DNA of 54,023 nt from Betaproteobacteria bacterium (GTDB taxonomy: Bacteria > Pseudomonadota > Gammaproteobacteria > Burkholderiales > SG8-41), in contig JACQGN010000114.1 of assembly GCA_016199545.1 (NCBI GenBank), positions 1 to 54,023 of the forward strand. The letters are read 5' to 3'. This document shows positions 30,245 to 41,054 of this stretch, one piece after another; positions within the stretch are counted from its first letter, which is position 1, and every line of letters begins with the position of its first letter. The notes under the pieces were generated by a model. That model saw only the letters and a program-made list of their open reading frames with translations. It was not told the DNA's origin and did no database searches. A program made the translations under genes and the position numbers.

Positions 30245-30251
30245 CCCGCCC

Positions 30252-31359
30252 TTATTGAATTCCCTGCTTCAGGCTGGCGGCGATGAAATCGTCGAGATCT
30301 CCGTCGAGCACGGCCTGGGTATTGCCGATTTCCACACTGGTGCGCAGATCCTTGATCCGCGACTGATCCAGCACGTAAGACCGGATCTGGTGGCCCCATG
30401 CGATATCGGTCTTGGTGTCTTCGAGCGCCTTTTTCTCCTCGTTGCGCTTTCTCAACTCGAGTTCGTAGAGGCGCGATTTCAGGATCGCCATGGCCTCGGC
30501 GCGGTTACGGTGCTGCGAACGGTCGTTCTGGCACTGCACCACGATATTGGTCGGAAGGTGCGTGATCCGCACCGCCGAGTCCGTCTTATTGACGTGCTGG
30601 CCGCCGGCGCCCGAGGCGCGAAACGTGTCGACGCGAAGATCCGCTGGATTGATCTCGACTTCTATGGTTTCGTCGACCTCGGGATAGACGAAGACGCTGG
30701 CGAACGACGTGTGCCGCCGGTTATTGGCGTCAAACGGCGACTTACGCACCAGGCGATGCACGCCGGTCTCGGTGCGCAGATGGCCATAGGCGTAGGGGCC
30801 GTTCACCCTCAGGGTCGCGCTCTTGATGCCGGCGACTTCCCCGGGCGACTCTTCCAGCAGCGCCGCCTTGAATCCCTTGCGCTCGCAGTAGCGCAGGTAC
30901 ATGCGTTCGAGCATGGCCGCCCAGTCCTGCGCCTCGGTGCCGCCGGACCCGGCCTGAATATCGACGAAGCAGTTGTTGGAGTCCATCGCATTGGAGAACA
31001 TGCGCTTGAACTCCATGTCCGCGACCGTCGTTTCAAGCGCGGTGACGTCCTTGCCGATGGATTCAAGTGCCCCATCATCGCGCTCGGCTTCGGCCAGTTC
31101 GAACAATGCTACCGAATCGCCAAGCGCAGCGGCCGTCGAGTCGAGCCGCTCTACGACTGTTTCGAGCTGCTTTTTCTCTTTGCCGAGCTCCTGGGCGCGT
31201 TTACTGTCGGACCAGACATCCGGTTTTTCCAGCTCCTTTCGCAGAAAATCAAGACGCGCCGTCTTGGCGTCATAGTCAAAGATACCTCCGTAGATCCGTG
31301 GCGCGCGCCTGGATGTCCTCCAACTGCTTCGCAAGGGCGTTGATTCGTTCCGCTTCCAT
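30252..31359 (-). CDS. prfB: Peptide chain release factor 2 (two frames joined by +1 programmed frameshift)
   Basis: Frame 0 runs 31359..31279 ([27 protein letters not shown]) and ends at the in-frame TGA 31278..31276. Frame +1 runs 31277..30252 ([12 protein letters not shown]...[16 protein letters not shown]...). The SPF and GGQ motifs are present. Confidence 0.93.
31275..31291 (-). promoter_or_regulatory. prfB: prfB +1 frameshift site with internal Shine-Dalgarno
   Basis: The minus strand reads ACGGAGG TAT CTT TGA C. GGAGG lies 3 nt before the slippery CTT-TGA-C, the same architecture as the E. coli site. Confidence 0.9.
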
Positions 31360-31513
31360 CGAGTAAGGCCCTGAAAAAACAAGGATTATACACGACGTGG
31401 CACGAGGCACCGGGTATCCATCGCCCCCGCTAGCGCACGCCCCGCCACAGGATCAGCCCAGCGCAAAGCCAGGCGGAGGGTCGATGGCAGAAAGGGTGCC
31501 GCATCACGCGGTG

Positions 31514-33292
<1,779 letters not shown>

Positions 33293-33298
33293 GCCGGC

Positions 33299-34351
33299 TC
33301 AGGCTGTGTGAGTCGCGGCATGCGCGGCGAGTGGCGTCCTGGCGCGCCAGACCCGCAGCAGACCGACAGGTGTGACCTCGAACCGGACGCCGCGATCCGG
33401 TCCGATCGCCGCTATGGTAAGACGCGTGACACGGCGTTCGCGCACGGCCCGCAGCAGCGGCGCAAACCACTCCTGCTCGAGCCGCGCAAGGCGCTCGCGC
33501 CACATCGGCAGGTCGCCATGGCGAGCCGGCAGCATCAATTGATCGAGCACGACCAGGTGGTGTCCGCCGCGCGCCTCCCGTGTCACCGACTCCAGCCACG
33601 GGCCCCGGGCATCGCCGTTCGGCGCCGCGGGCAGTCCCGCGTTCCGCGCCAGCCCGAGGGCGAGCGCATCCTTGCTCCAGAGCCCATGAAATCCGCCGGT
33701 GGAAATGCTGGGGAGATGACCACCGCCCCACAGCCAGACGCTGTTGATGATGGGGTCACCGCGCTCCGCGCGCGCCTCGTTTACGGCATGGGCATGCAAC
33801 AGCATCTGGATTTCGTTCGCCATGCGATGCCAATACAGCGCCTGGGGACCGGCAGGCAGCAGCGGATGGATATCCTTGCCGATCGCCTCGAGCAGCGTGC
33901 GCGTCGCGATCTGAGGGTGGACGTTGAGACGCAGATACCAGCGCTGCGGGTGGAGTGCAAAGAACTGCCGGGTGTCGTCGGCGAAATAGGCGTTCAGTGC
34001 CGCGACAAGCGTGTCGGCCTCCTCCGGCCGAATGGAAAGAACGCTGGCGTCGGACAGCAGGACGCGATCGCGGGTGGCGCGCAGATGCACCGGATCCGCG
34101 CGCAGCCAGAAGCCCCCGTCGTCGTCGCCGCCGCGATCCACGAGGAGCGTGAGCGCCGCAACCGGCCAGTCCGGCTGCGGCGCAGCGCCAAATGCCTGGC
34201 ACAGCCAGGCTTCGAAGCCTTGCCCGGGAAGCGTGGTCGAATCCGAGCGCGACAACAACCGCTCGAGGGCCGGCAGTTGCAGGTCGCGATACGCGTCGTC
34301 GTGGACGGCACGCGGCAGGAAGAGATCTGGAAGCAGAAGCGTGCACAGCAT
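33299..34351 (-). CDS. Conserved hypothetical protein (possibly RpfE-type regulatory protein, by position next to recJ)
   Basis: A 350-aa ORF (start ATG 34351) ends 6 nt before the recJ start. I recall an rpfE gene adjacent to recJ in Xanthomonas. That name rests on synteny memory only, not on a motif. Confidence 0.5.
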   Translation of the reverse strand: MLCTLLLPDLFLPRAVHDDAYRDLQLPALERLLSRSDSTTLPGQGFEAWLCQAFGAAPQPDWPVAALTLLVDRGGDDDGGFWLRADPVHLRATRDRVLLSDASVLSIRPEEADTLVAALNAYFADDTRQFFALHPQRWYLRLNVHPQIATRTLLEAIGKDIHPLLPAGPQALYWHRMANEIQMLLHAHAVNEARAERGDPIINSVWLWGGGHLPSISTGGFHGLWSKDALALGLARNAGLPAAPNGDARGPWLESVTREARGGHHLVVLDQLMLPARHGDLPMWRERLARLEQEWFAPLLRAVRERRVTRLTIAAIGPDRGVRFEVTPVGLLRVWRARTPLAAHAATHTA

Positions 34352-34445
34352 GGATGCGCCGGTCGGGCCGCAGTTTAACACAGGGCTGTGCGTGATTTGC
34401 GTGACGCCTTGTGGCAAACTCCCCCTTATTTCATCTCGGCCCGCC

Positions 34446-35690
34446 TTGAATTCCTACGAGCTTTTCATCGGACTGAGGTACACGCGCAGCAGGCAGCGCA
34501 CGCGCTTCATTTCGTTCATTTCGGTGATGTCAGTCGCGGGCATGGCGCTCGGCATGATGGTGCTGATCACCGTGCTCTCGGTGATGAACGGGTTCCAGCG
34601 CGAAATCCGCACGCGCATCCTCGGCGTCGCCTCGCACGTCCAGATCTCCGCCGGAGACAAGACGCTCGACGGCTGGCAGGAAGTTGCCGCGGAGGCGTCG
34701 CGCCACGAGCAGGTGCTCGCCGCGGCTCCCTACATCAATGCCCAGGGGCTGCTCACTTACGGTTCCGCAGTGCGCGGCGCGTTCATCCGGGGCATTCTGC
34801 CCGAGCAGGAGGAGCGGGTGGCGGATTTCGCACGCCACATGCGCAGCGGGCGCCTCGAGGCGCTGCGCGCGAACGAATTCGGCATCATACTGGGAGGCCA
34901 GCTCGCGCGCGCCCTGGGAGTGGCGGTGGGCGAGAAAGTCGTGCTGGTCGCGCCCCAGGGGCAGGTCACGCCGGCAGGAATCCTGCCGCGGCTCAAGCAG
35001 TTCACGGTGGTCGGCGTCTTCAACGTCGACCATTTCGAATATGATTCGGGCCTCGCGCTTGTGCACCTGGAAGACGCACAGAAGCTGTTTCGCTTCGGCG
35101 CAGGCGTGTCGGGCGTGCGGCTCAAACTGAAGGACCTGTTCCGCTCCGGGGTGGTTGCGCGCGATCTTTCGCGCGCGATCGCCAAACCGGTTTTCATCAG
35201 CGACTGGACGATGCAGCACGCCAACCTGCTGCGTGCCATCCAGATCGAGAAACGCATGATGTTTCTGATCATCTTTCTCATCATCGCGGTCGCCGCGTTC
35301 AACATCGTGTCGAGCCTGGTGATGGCGGTGAAGGACAAGCAGGCCGATATCGCGATCCTGCGCACGCTGGGGGCGAGCCCGCGCAGCATCACCGGGATCT
35401 TCATGATTCAGGGCACCATGATCGGCGTTCTGGGCACCGTGCTCGGGGTGGTGAGCGGGGTGCTGCTTGCGCTCAACGTGGACACCGTCGTGCTGTTCAT
35501 CGAAAACCTGTTCGGCTTCAAGTTCTTCGCGAAGGACGTGTACCTGATCTCCGACCTGCCCTCGGAATTGCAGATCCCGGACGTCGTCATCACCGCGGTC
35601 GCTTCGTTTGCGTTGAGCCTGGTCGCGACCATCTATCCCAGCTACCGGGCGGCCAAGGTGAATCCGGCCGAGGCGCTGCGCTACGAGTGA
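34446..35690 (+). CDS. lolC: Lipoprotein-releasing system transmembrane subunit LolC/LolE
   Basis: (TTG)NSYELFIGLRYTRSRQR...MacB-like periplasmic domain...FtsX C-terminus (...SLVATIYPSYRAAKVNPAEALRYE). The TTG start at 34446 is the only start that fits the conserved N-terminus. Confidence 0.88.
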   Translation: MNSYELFIGLRYTRSRQRTRFISFISVMSVAGMALGMMVLITVLSVMNGFQREIRTRILGVASHVQISAGDKTLDGWQEVAAEASRHEQVLAAAPYINAQGLLTYGSAVRGAFIRGILPEQEERVADFARHMRSGRLEALRANEFGIILGGQLARALGVAVGEKVVLVAPQGQVTPAGILPRLKQFTVVGVFNVDHFEYDSGLALVHLEDAQKLFRFGAGVSGVRLKLKDLFRSGVVARDLSRAIAKPVFISDWTMQHANLLRAIQIEKRMMFLIIFLIIAVAAFNIVSSLVMAVKDKQADIAILRTLGASPRSITGIFMIQGTMIGVLGTVLGVVSGVLLALNVDTVVLFIENLFGFKFFAKDVYLISDLPSELQIPDVVITAVASFALSLVATIYPSYRAAKVNPAEALRYE

Positions 35691-35718
35691 CGAGTGACGG
35701 GTGACAAGTGACGAGTGA
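35684..35718. repeat. Heptamer array (CGAGTGA CGAGTGA CGGGTGA CAAGTGA CGAGTGA)
   Basis: Five tandem 7-nt units span the lolC stop (35688-35690) and the lolD GTG start (35708). Confidence 0.85.
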
Positions 35719-36409
35719 CGGGATCAGTCAGGCCGCTGTCGCATCGTGCCGCGGCCTGCGCAAGAGCTTCTGGCAGGGAGCGGTCGAAGTGCCAGTGCTA
35801 CTCGGCGTCGATCTAGACGTCGGCGCCGGCGAGCGCGTCGCGATCGTGGGCGCCTCGGGCTCGGGCAAGAGCACGCTGCTGCATCTGCTCGGCGGCCTGG
35901 ATGAGGCAAGCGCGGGCGAAATCACGATCATGGGGCAAGACCTGCGGCGGCAAAGCGAAGCGCAGCGGGGCGCCACGCGTAACCGGGCGCTGGGTTTCGT
36001 CTACCAGTTTCACCACCTCCTGCCTGAATTCACTGCGCTGGAAAATGTCGCGATGCCACTCCTCATCCGGCGGGTTTCCGAGAAGGAGGCCTGGGCGGGC
36101 GCAGCGGGGATACTGGAGAAGGTGGGCATGGGTCACCGCCTTGCACACACCCCAGGCGAACTCTCGGGGGGCGAGCGCCAGCGCACGGCTCTCGCGCGTG
36201 CGCTGGTCACGCAGCCGGCGTGCGTGCTCGCCGACGAACCGACCGGCAACCTCGATCGCCATGCTGCGCAGACGGTGTTTGACCTCATGCTGGCGTTGAA
36301 CCAGAATCTCGGCACGAGCTTCGTGATCGTCACCCACGATCGCGAGCTCGCCGCCCGCGCCCACCGCGTGTTGCAGTTGATCGACGGCGTGCTGCAGCCG
36401 GAATCCTGA
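35708..36409 (+). CDS. lolD: Lipoprotein-releasing system ATP-binding protein LolD
   Basis: It has Walker A (GASGSGKST), the signature LSGGERQR and Walker B ([11 protein letters not shown]). GTG 35708 is the first possible start after the in-frame TGA at 35702. Confidence 0.9.
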   Translation: MTSDGISQAAVASCRGLRKSFWQGAVEVPVLLGVDLDVGAGERVAIVGASGSGKSTLLHLLGGLDEASAGEITIMGQDLRRQSEAQRGATRNRALGFVYQFHHLLPEFTALENVAMPLLIRRVSEKEAWAGAAGILEKVGMGHRLAHTPGELSGGERQRTALARALVTQPACVLADEPTGNLDRHAAQTVFDLMLALNQNLGTSFVIVTHDRELAARAHRVLQLIDGVLQPES

Positions 36410-36447
36410 CCTCCGCAGGCGGCAATCCTCAGGATGTCGCCGGCCTA

Positions 36448-36765
36448 TCAGGCAACCTGCTGAACTCGCAGCACGCCGGCCTCGGTGACTTCGCTGTAAG
36501 TCCGTTCGTCGTCGATGGCCTGGGACAGGATGAAGTGGGGCGCCGAACGCCTGATCACGCGCGGGATCACGATGCCGGCGGCAAGCACGGCGAGACCGCT
36601 CCAGATCCAGCCGATTAGCGCCAGCGCGACGCCGCCGCCCAGCACCGGCAGCATGACGAGAGGCAGCAGCAGCTGCGCGCTTATGTACCTGCCGGCGGCG
36701 CCGGGATCGATCTGCACCCTGATGCGTCCCTCGCGGAATGCCGCGACAAACTCAGGATGGGTCAC
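36448..36765 (-). CDS. Small membrane protein, unknown function (105 aa)
   Basis: Two hydrophobic segments are present (LLLPLVMLPVLGGGVALALIGWIWSGLAVLAAGIVIP). It starts 3 nt after the upstream glycosylase gene ends. Confidence 0.5.
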   Translation of the reverse strand: MTHPEFVAAFREGRIRVQIDPGAAGRYISAQLLLPLVMLPVLGGGVALALIGWIWSGLAVLAAGIVIPRVIRRSAPHFILSQAIDDERTYSEVTEAGVLRVQQVA

Positions 36766-36768
36766 GGC

Positions 36769-37395
36769 TCAGTACTCGACCGGGATGGGATCAAGGCTGC
36801 GCCACAGATACCAGGTTGCCACCGAGCGCCACGGCGCCCACGTATCGGCGATCCGGCGCATCCTCCCCCGACTCAGTGGCCGGCCGCGACCGTAATGCAG
36901 ATTCATGGCCCGCTGCAGGCCGAGGTCGTCGAGCGGCAGCACATCGGGACGCGCAAGATAGAAGATCAGGAACATCTCCGCGGTCCAGCGCCCGATGCCT
37001 TTTACCTGGGTCAGTTCCAGGATCAATGCTTCGTCGCCGAGATGCCGCCAGGCACCCGCATCCAGCATCCCGGTGGCAAAGCGCTGCGCAAGGTCGCCGA
37101 GGTAAAGCGTCTTCTGCCGCGAGAGTCCGCAGCCGCGCAACTGTCCGGGATCCTTCGCGAGGACATTGGCAGGTGTGACGGCGCCGACTTCGGCTTCCAC
37201 CCGATTCCAGACAGACTGCGCAGCCTTGACGGAAATCTGCTGGCCCACAATGGCGCGCGCCAGCGTCTGGAAAGCGTTGCCGCGGCTCCCCAGAGCGAGT
37301 CCCTGGAACCGCGCGATGAGTCCGCGCAAGACCGCATCGCGGCGGGCGAGTTCACGGGCGGCGGTCTTCCAGTATTCGGGTGCCATGTGCGCCAT
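36769..37395 (-). CDS. DNA-3-methyladenine glycosylase II family (HhH-GPD, AlkA-like)
   Basis: HhH-GPD motif ...LTQVKGIGRWTAEMFLIFYLARPDVLPLDDLGLQRA... The start is ATG 37395 (or 37386). Confidence 0.85.
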   Translation of the reverse strand: MAHMAPEYWKTAARELARRDAVLRGLIARFQGLALGSRGNAFQTLARAIVGQQISVKAAQSVWNRVEAEVGAVTPANVLAKDPGQLRGCGLSRQKTLYLGDLAQRFATGMLDAGAWRHLGDEALILELTQVKGIGRWTAEMFLIFYLARPDVLPLDDLGLQRAMNLHYGRGRPLSRGRMRRIADTWAPWRSVATWYLWRSLDPIPVEY

Positions 37396-37460
37396 TTTAC
37401 CGAACGCGGTACGCCTACCCGTCATCTGCCGCGTTGAAGGTGCGACAGGAGGCATGCAGC

Positions 37461-39851
37461 GTGTGGGTGAGCGTCGTATTCTTCGCCGGCGGAGTCTGGT
37501 TGCTGCAACAGCAGGCGCAACTCCCCGCCATGACGCTCGCGTGCAGTCTGGCAACAGCCGGGGCCCTGATCCTGCTGCGCGGCGAACATGCGGCAATGCG
37601 CGTTAGCCGATGGGTGCTCACCTGCGCGTTGTGCCTGGGTGCGGGTTTTTTCTGGGCGGCGGCTGCCGCCCACTGGCGCATGTCGGATGCGCTGCCCGCG
37701 GAGTGGGAGGGACGGGACGTGATCCTCATCGGCACCGTCGCGAGCCTGCCGCAAGTCTACGAGCGCAGCGTGCGGTTCGAATTCGACGTCGAAACGGTGC
37801 TCACCGAAGGCGCGCACGTGCCACGCCGCGTCGTGCTCGCGTGGTGGGGCAGTTCCGCGCGCGAAGGCGCCCCGCCCACGCTCGCTGACGTGCGGGCCGG
37901 CGAGCGCTGGCAGCTGGCGGCGCGCTTTCGGCGGCCGCGCGGCACCGCCAATCCGCACGGCTTCGACTACGAGGCGTGGCTGCTCGAACGCGAGATACGG
38001 GCGACGGGTTACGTGCGCGGCAAAGGCGCGAACCGCAGACTCGCGGGGATGGTGCACCGGCCGGGCTACTGGGTGGAGGCGGCACGCGGCGCACTCAGGC
38101 AACGGATACAGCGGGCGTTGCCGGACGGGCCGTACGCAGGTGTGGTGGTCGCGCTCGGCATCGGGGACCAGCGCGCCATTGCGCAGGATCAATGGCAGGT
38201 CTTCACGCGCACCGGCGTCAATCACCTGATGAGCATTTCCGGTCTGCACGTGACGATGCTTTCCGGGCTGGCGTTTGTGCTGGCCTACTGGCTGTGGCGC
38301 CGGAGCGCGCGGCTCACGTTGTGGCTGCCGGCGCAAAAAGCAGCGGCGTTGTGCGGTGTCGCGGCGGCGTTCGCCTACACATTGCTTGCGGGCTTCGCCG
38401 TGCCCGCGCAGCGGACGCTTTACATGCTGGTGGTGGCGGCGGTCTTTCTCTGGTGTGGCATCACGGGTTCGGTGTCGACGATCCTGGCGGCGGCGCTCCT
38501 CGTTGTTCTGGTGCTCGACCCGTGGGCGGTACTGGCGCCGGGGTTCTGGCTTTCATTCAGCGCGGTGGCGGTGATCCTGTATGTGACCGTCGGCCGGATC
38601 GGCGACTCGCACTGGCTCAAATCGTGGCTCCACGTGCAATGGGCGGTGACGGTAGGGCTGGTACCGCTCCTCCTCGCGCTGTTCCAGCAAGTCTCGATCA
38701 TCTCGCCGCTGGCGAACGCGGTGGCGATTCCGGTCGTGAGCCTCATCGTAGTGCCGCTGACGCTCGCCGGCATGCTGCTGCCGTTCGATCTTGTCCTGGG
38801 CGCAGCACACCTGGTCATGGCGGGGTGCGGGTCGTTGCTCGAATGGATGAGCGCCGTGCCCGCCGCCGTCTGGCAACAGCGCGCGCCACCCGCATGGTCA
38901 ATGCCAGTTGCCGTAGGCGGCGTCGCCTGGCTGCTGCTGCCGCGGGGTTTTCCCGCGCGCTGGCTTGGCGTGGTCTGCCTGTTGCCGCTGTTTCTCGCGC
39001 CGCGGTCTGAACTGGCGGAGGGTGACTTCAAGCTGACCGTGCTGGACGTGGGGCAGGGACTTGCAGTCGTCGCGCAAACGCGCCATCACGCGCTTCTCTA
39101 CGACACCGGACCGGCCTTCGGTCCGGGGGCGGACAGCGGCAACCGCATCGTGGTGCCGTTCCTGCGTGCCTCTGGCATCGCGCGCCTTGACACCATGATC
39201 GTCAGTCATGACGACGTGGATCATACCGGGGGCGCACTGTCGGTGCTGCAGGCGCTGCCGGTGGCGAGGCTGCTCACGTCGCTGCCCGACATGGACCCCC
39301 TGTCGCTGATGGCGGAGCAGGCATTTCGATGCTTTGCCGAACAGCACTGGGAATGGGACGGAGTTCAGTTCGAAATGCTCCACCCGCCGCGCGCGAGTTA
39401 CGCCGAAACGGGACTCAAGGATAACGACCGGAGCTGCGTGATCAAGATCACCGCGAAGGGCGGCGCGGCGCTGCTGCCGGCGGACATCGAGCGGCGCGGG
39501 GAAACGGCGCTGTTGCGCGGGCACGGTGACGCGTTGCGCGTGCCGGTGCTGATTGCGCCGCACCAAGGCAGCAAGACCTCATCGATGGCGAGGTTCGTGG
39601 ACCGCGTCAATCCGGATGTGGTGATTTTCCCGGTGGGCTACCGTAACCGCTTCGGCCATCCGCATGAGGAAGTGGTCGACCGCTATCGCGCGATCGGCAG
39701 CCGCATCTATCGCACCGACCGCGACGGCGCCATTACGCTTGACTTCAGCGCTGCGGCTGTTATCCGCGTCGAGCCTTATCGCGCCACTTATCGGCGCTAC
39801 TGGCAGACGCCGCTCGTCGGCGACCCGGTCCCGGATCCGGAGGAGTTATGA
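37461..39851 (+). CDS. comEC: DNA internalization-related competence protein ComEC/Rec2
   Basis: It has an N-terminal DUF4131-like region, a multi-TM competence domain, and a C-terminal metallo-beta-lactamase domain (LTVLDVGQGLAVV...VSHDDVDHTGG). GTG 37461 is preceded by AGGAGG 8 nt upstream. Confidence 0.88.
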   Translation: MWVSVVFFAGGVWLLQQQAQLPAMTLACSLATAGALILLRGEHAAMRVSRWVLTCALCLGAGFFWAAAAAHWRMSDALPAEWEGRDVILIGTVASLPQVYERSVRFEFDVETVLTEGAHVPRRVVLAWWGSSAREGAPPTLADVRAGERWQLAARFRRPRGTANPHGFDYEAWLLEREIRATGYVRGKGANRRLAGMVHRPGYWVEAARGALRQRIQRALPDGPYAGVVVALGIGDQRAIAQDQWQVFTRTGVNHLMSISGLHVTMLSGLAFVLAYWLWRRSARLTLWLPAQKAAALCGVAAAFAYTLLAGFAVPAQRTLYMLVVAAVFLWCGITGSVSTILAAALLVVLVLDPWAVLAPGFWLSFSAVAVILYVTVGRIGDSHWLKSWLHVQWAVTVGLVPLLLALFQQVSIISPLANAVAIPVVSLIVVPLTLAGMLLPFDLVLGAAHLVMAGCGSLLEWMSAVPAAVWQQRAPPAWSMPVAVGGVAWLLLPRGFPARWLGVVCLLPLFLAPRSELAEGDFKLTVLDVGQGLAVVAQTRHHALLYDTGPAFGPGADSGNRIVVPFLRASGIARLDTMIVSHDDVDHTGGALSVLQALPVARLLTSLPDMDPLSLMAEQAFRCFAEQHWEWDGVQFEMLHPPRASYAETGLKDNDRSCVIKITAKGGAALLPADIERRGETALLRGHGDALRVPVLIAPHQGSKTSSMARFVDRVNPDVVIFPVGYRNRFGHPHEEVVDRYRAIGSRIYRTDRDGAITLDFSAAAVIRVEPYRATYRRYWQTPLVGDPVPDPEEL
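39791..39842 (+). repeat. 52-bp direct repeat, left copy (last codons of comEC)
   Basis: ATCGGCGCTACTGGCAGACGCCGCTCGTCGGCGACCCGGTCCCGGATCCGGA matches 43967-44018 at 51 of 52 positions. Confidence 0.9.
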
Positions 39852-40642
39852 GCATCGCAGCCTTTACGCGGCATTCCGTCTTCTGGATAAGCCAGGCGCG
39901 CAAGGAAGGTGTTGAGAATCAGCGTGTCCCGGTCTTCCACATGCTGCGCGACCGTTTGAATACCGAATGTCCGACATGCGCGAGTGAGTGAACGCAGCTT
40001 TGCGATAGATCCTATATTACCCATCAGGTTTTTGGTCAGGCCACCGCCGATTTTCATGAAATCCGCCGTGAAATCCTTCGCTGGCCGGAATGTTACGCCG
40101 CCTGGGTGGTCAACCCCGACTGCAATACTGCAGCCTGCCGCCTTGAGTCTCGTAGTGAACTCATGCGTAACCGGATCGGATGGTCCGTCAACGCTCGGGA
40201 TCTCAAAACAAAGACTGTCACCGCCGCAACCGGCGGTCTCTAATTCGGCGACAACGAGTGAAGGAAATTCCAGGTCGATCAAAGTTCCCCGGCAGAGATT
40301 GATATGCAGAATGAATCCGACCTCGCGCCTGTTGCTGCGATACCAGGCCAGAGCCCGCCGCAGCACATGCTGGTCGAGCGTCGGACCAAGCTTGTAGTGC
40401 TCAAGTCTCGGCAGGAAGGTTCCGGGCGGGACCACGTTTTGTTCTTCCTCTTTCAGCCGGACGTAAATCTCGGTGTGTGGACGGTTGTCGCCACCCGATC
40501 CCAATTTCTCGACCGGTTGGCTGTACAGCAGGAATTCGTTCTGCGCAAATGCCTGGGCAAACCTTTCCCGCGGATCTTCCCATTCAAGAAAGCCATTCGC
40601 TGTGCTGCCGACATAACCCTGCACGAAATCTCCGCCGTCCAT
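39797..40642 (-). CDS. Degenerate EAL-domain protein
   Basis: The EAL-fold pattern is recognisable (FLLYSQPV...TEIYVRL...PPGTFLP...HINLC...FEIPS...DFMKIGG...VAQHVED), but catalytic positions diverge (EAL to EIY, DDFG to VDHPG, K-x-D to K-x-G). The last 15 or so codons are antisense to the comEC tail. Confidence 0.6.
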   Translation of the reverse strand: MDGGDFVQGYVGSTANGFLEWEDPRERFAQAFAQNEFLLYSQPVEKLGSGGDNRPHTEIYVRLKEEEQNVVPPGTFLPRLEHYKLGPTLDQHVLRRALAWYRSNRREVGFILHINLCRGTLIDLEFPSLVVAELETAGCGGDSLCFEIPSVDGPSDPVTHEFTTRLKAAGCSIAVGVDHPGGVTFRPAKDFTADFMKIGGGLTKNLMGNIGSIAKLRSLTRACRTFGIQTVAQHVEDRDTLILNTFLARLAYPEDGMPRKGCDAHNSSGSGTGSPTSGVCQ

Positions 40643-40694
40643 GACCTGTGTCTCGCTGTTGTTCTCGCCGCCTCACGAAAATCCCGTGGCCGGC

Positions 40695-41006
40695 TCAGGC
40701 GGCATCGATGAGTTCCGGGGTGAGCGAGAGTATGGCCTGGTGGATGTGAAGCTGGAAACGCAGGAATTCCACAGCCGCATCGAGGGCATCGAAACACAGG
40801 GGCTCATTGTTCTCGTTGACAACGTAGTACACGTCCCACTCCGGATAGGCTGTTTGCTTCCCTATTGCGTAACCCATGCGATAGGGCCCGACACACCACA
40901 TCGTCGGGCTCACCAGCGCGATGTGTCTTGCCTTGTCCAGGGTCAGCATGTGCCGACCGCAGGAATTGACCGGCAGCTCGTTTAACCACACATTGGCTGT
41001 ATCCAT
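40695..41006 (-). CDS. Hypothetical protein (103 aa)
   Basis: An ORF in an operon position between the degenerate GGDEF and EAL genes. No family recognised. Confidence 0.45.
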   Translation of the reverse strand: MDTANVWLNELPVNSCGRHMLTLDKARHIALVSPTMWCVGPYRMGYAIGKQTAYPEWDVYYVVNENNEPLCFDALDAAVEFLRFQLHIHQAILSLTPELIDAA

Positions 41007-41054
41007 AGTTGCGACTCCGGATCATTGCGCCAGGTTGGGCAACTCGCGTAGCCG

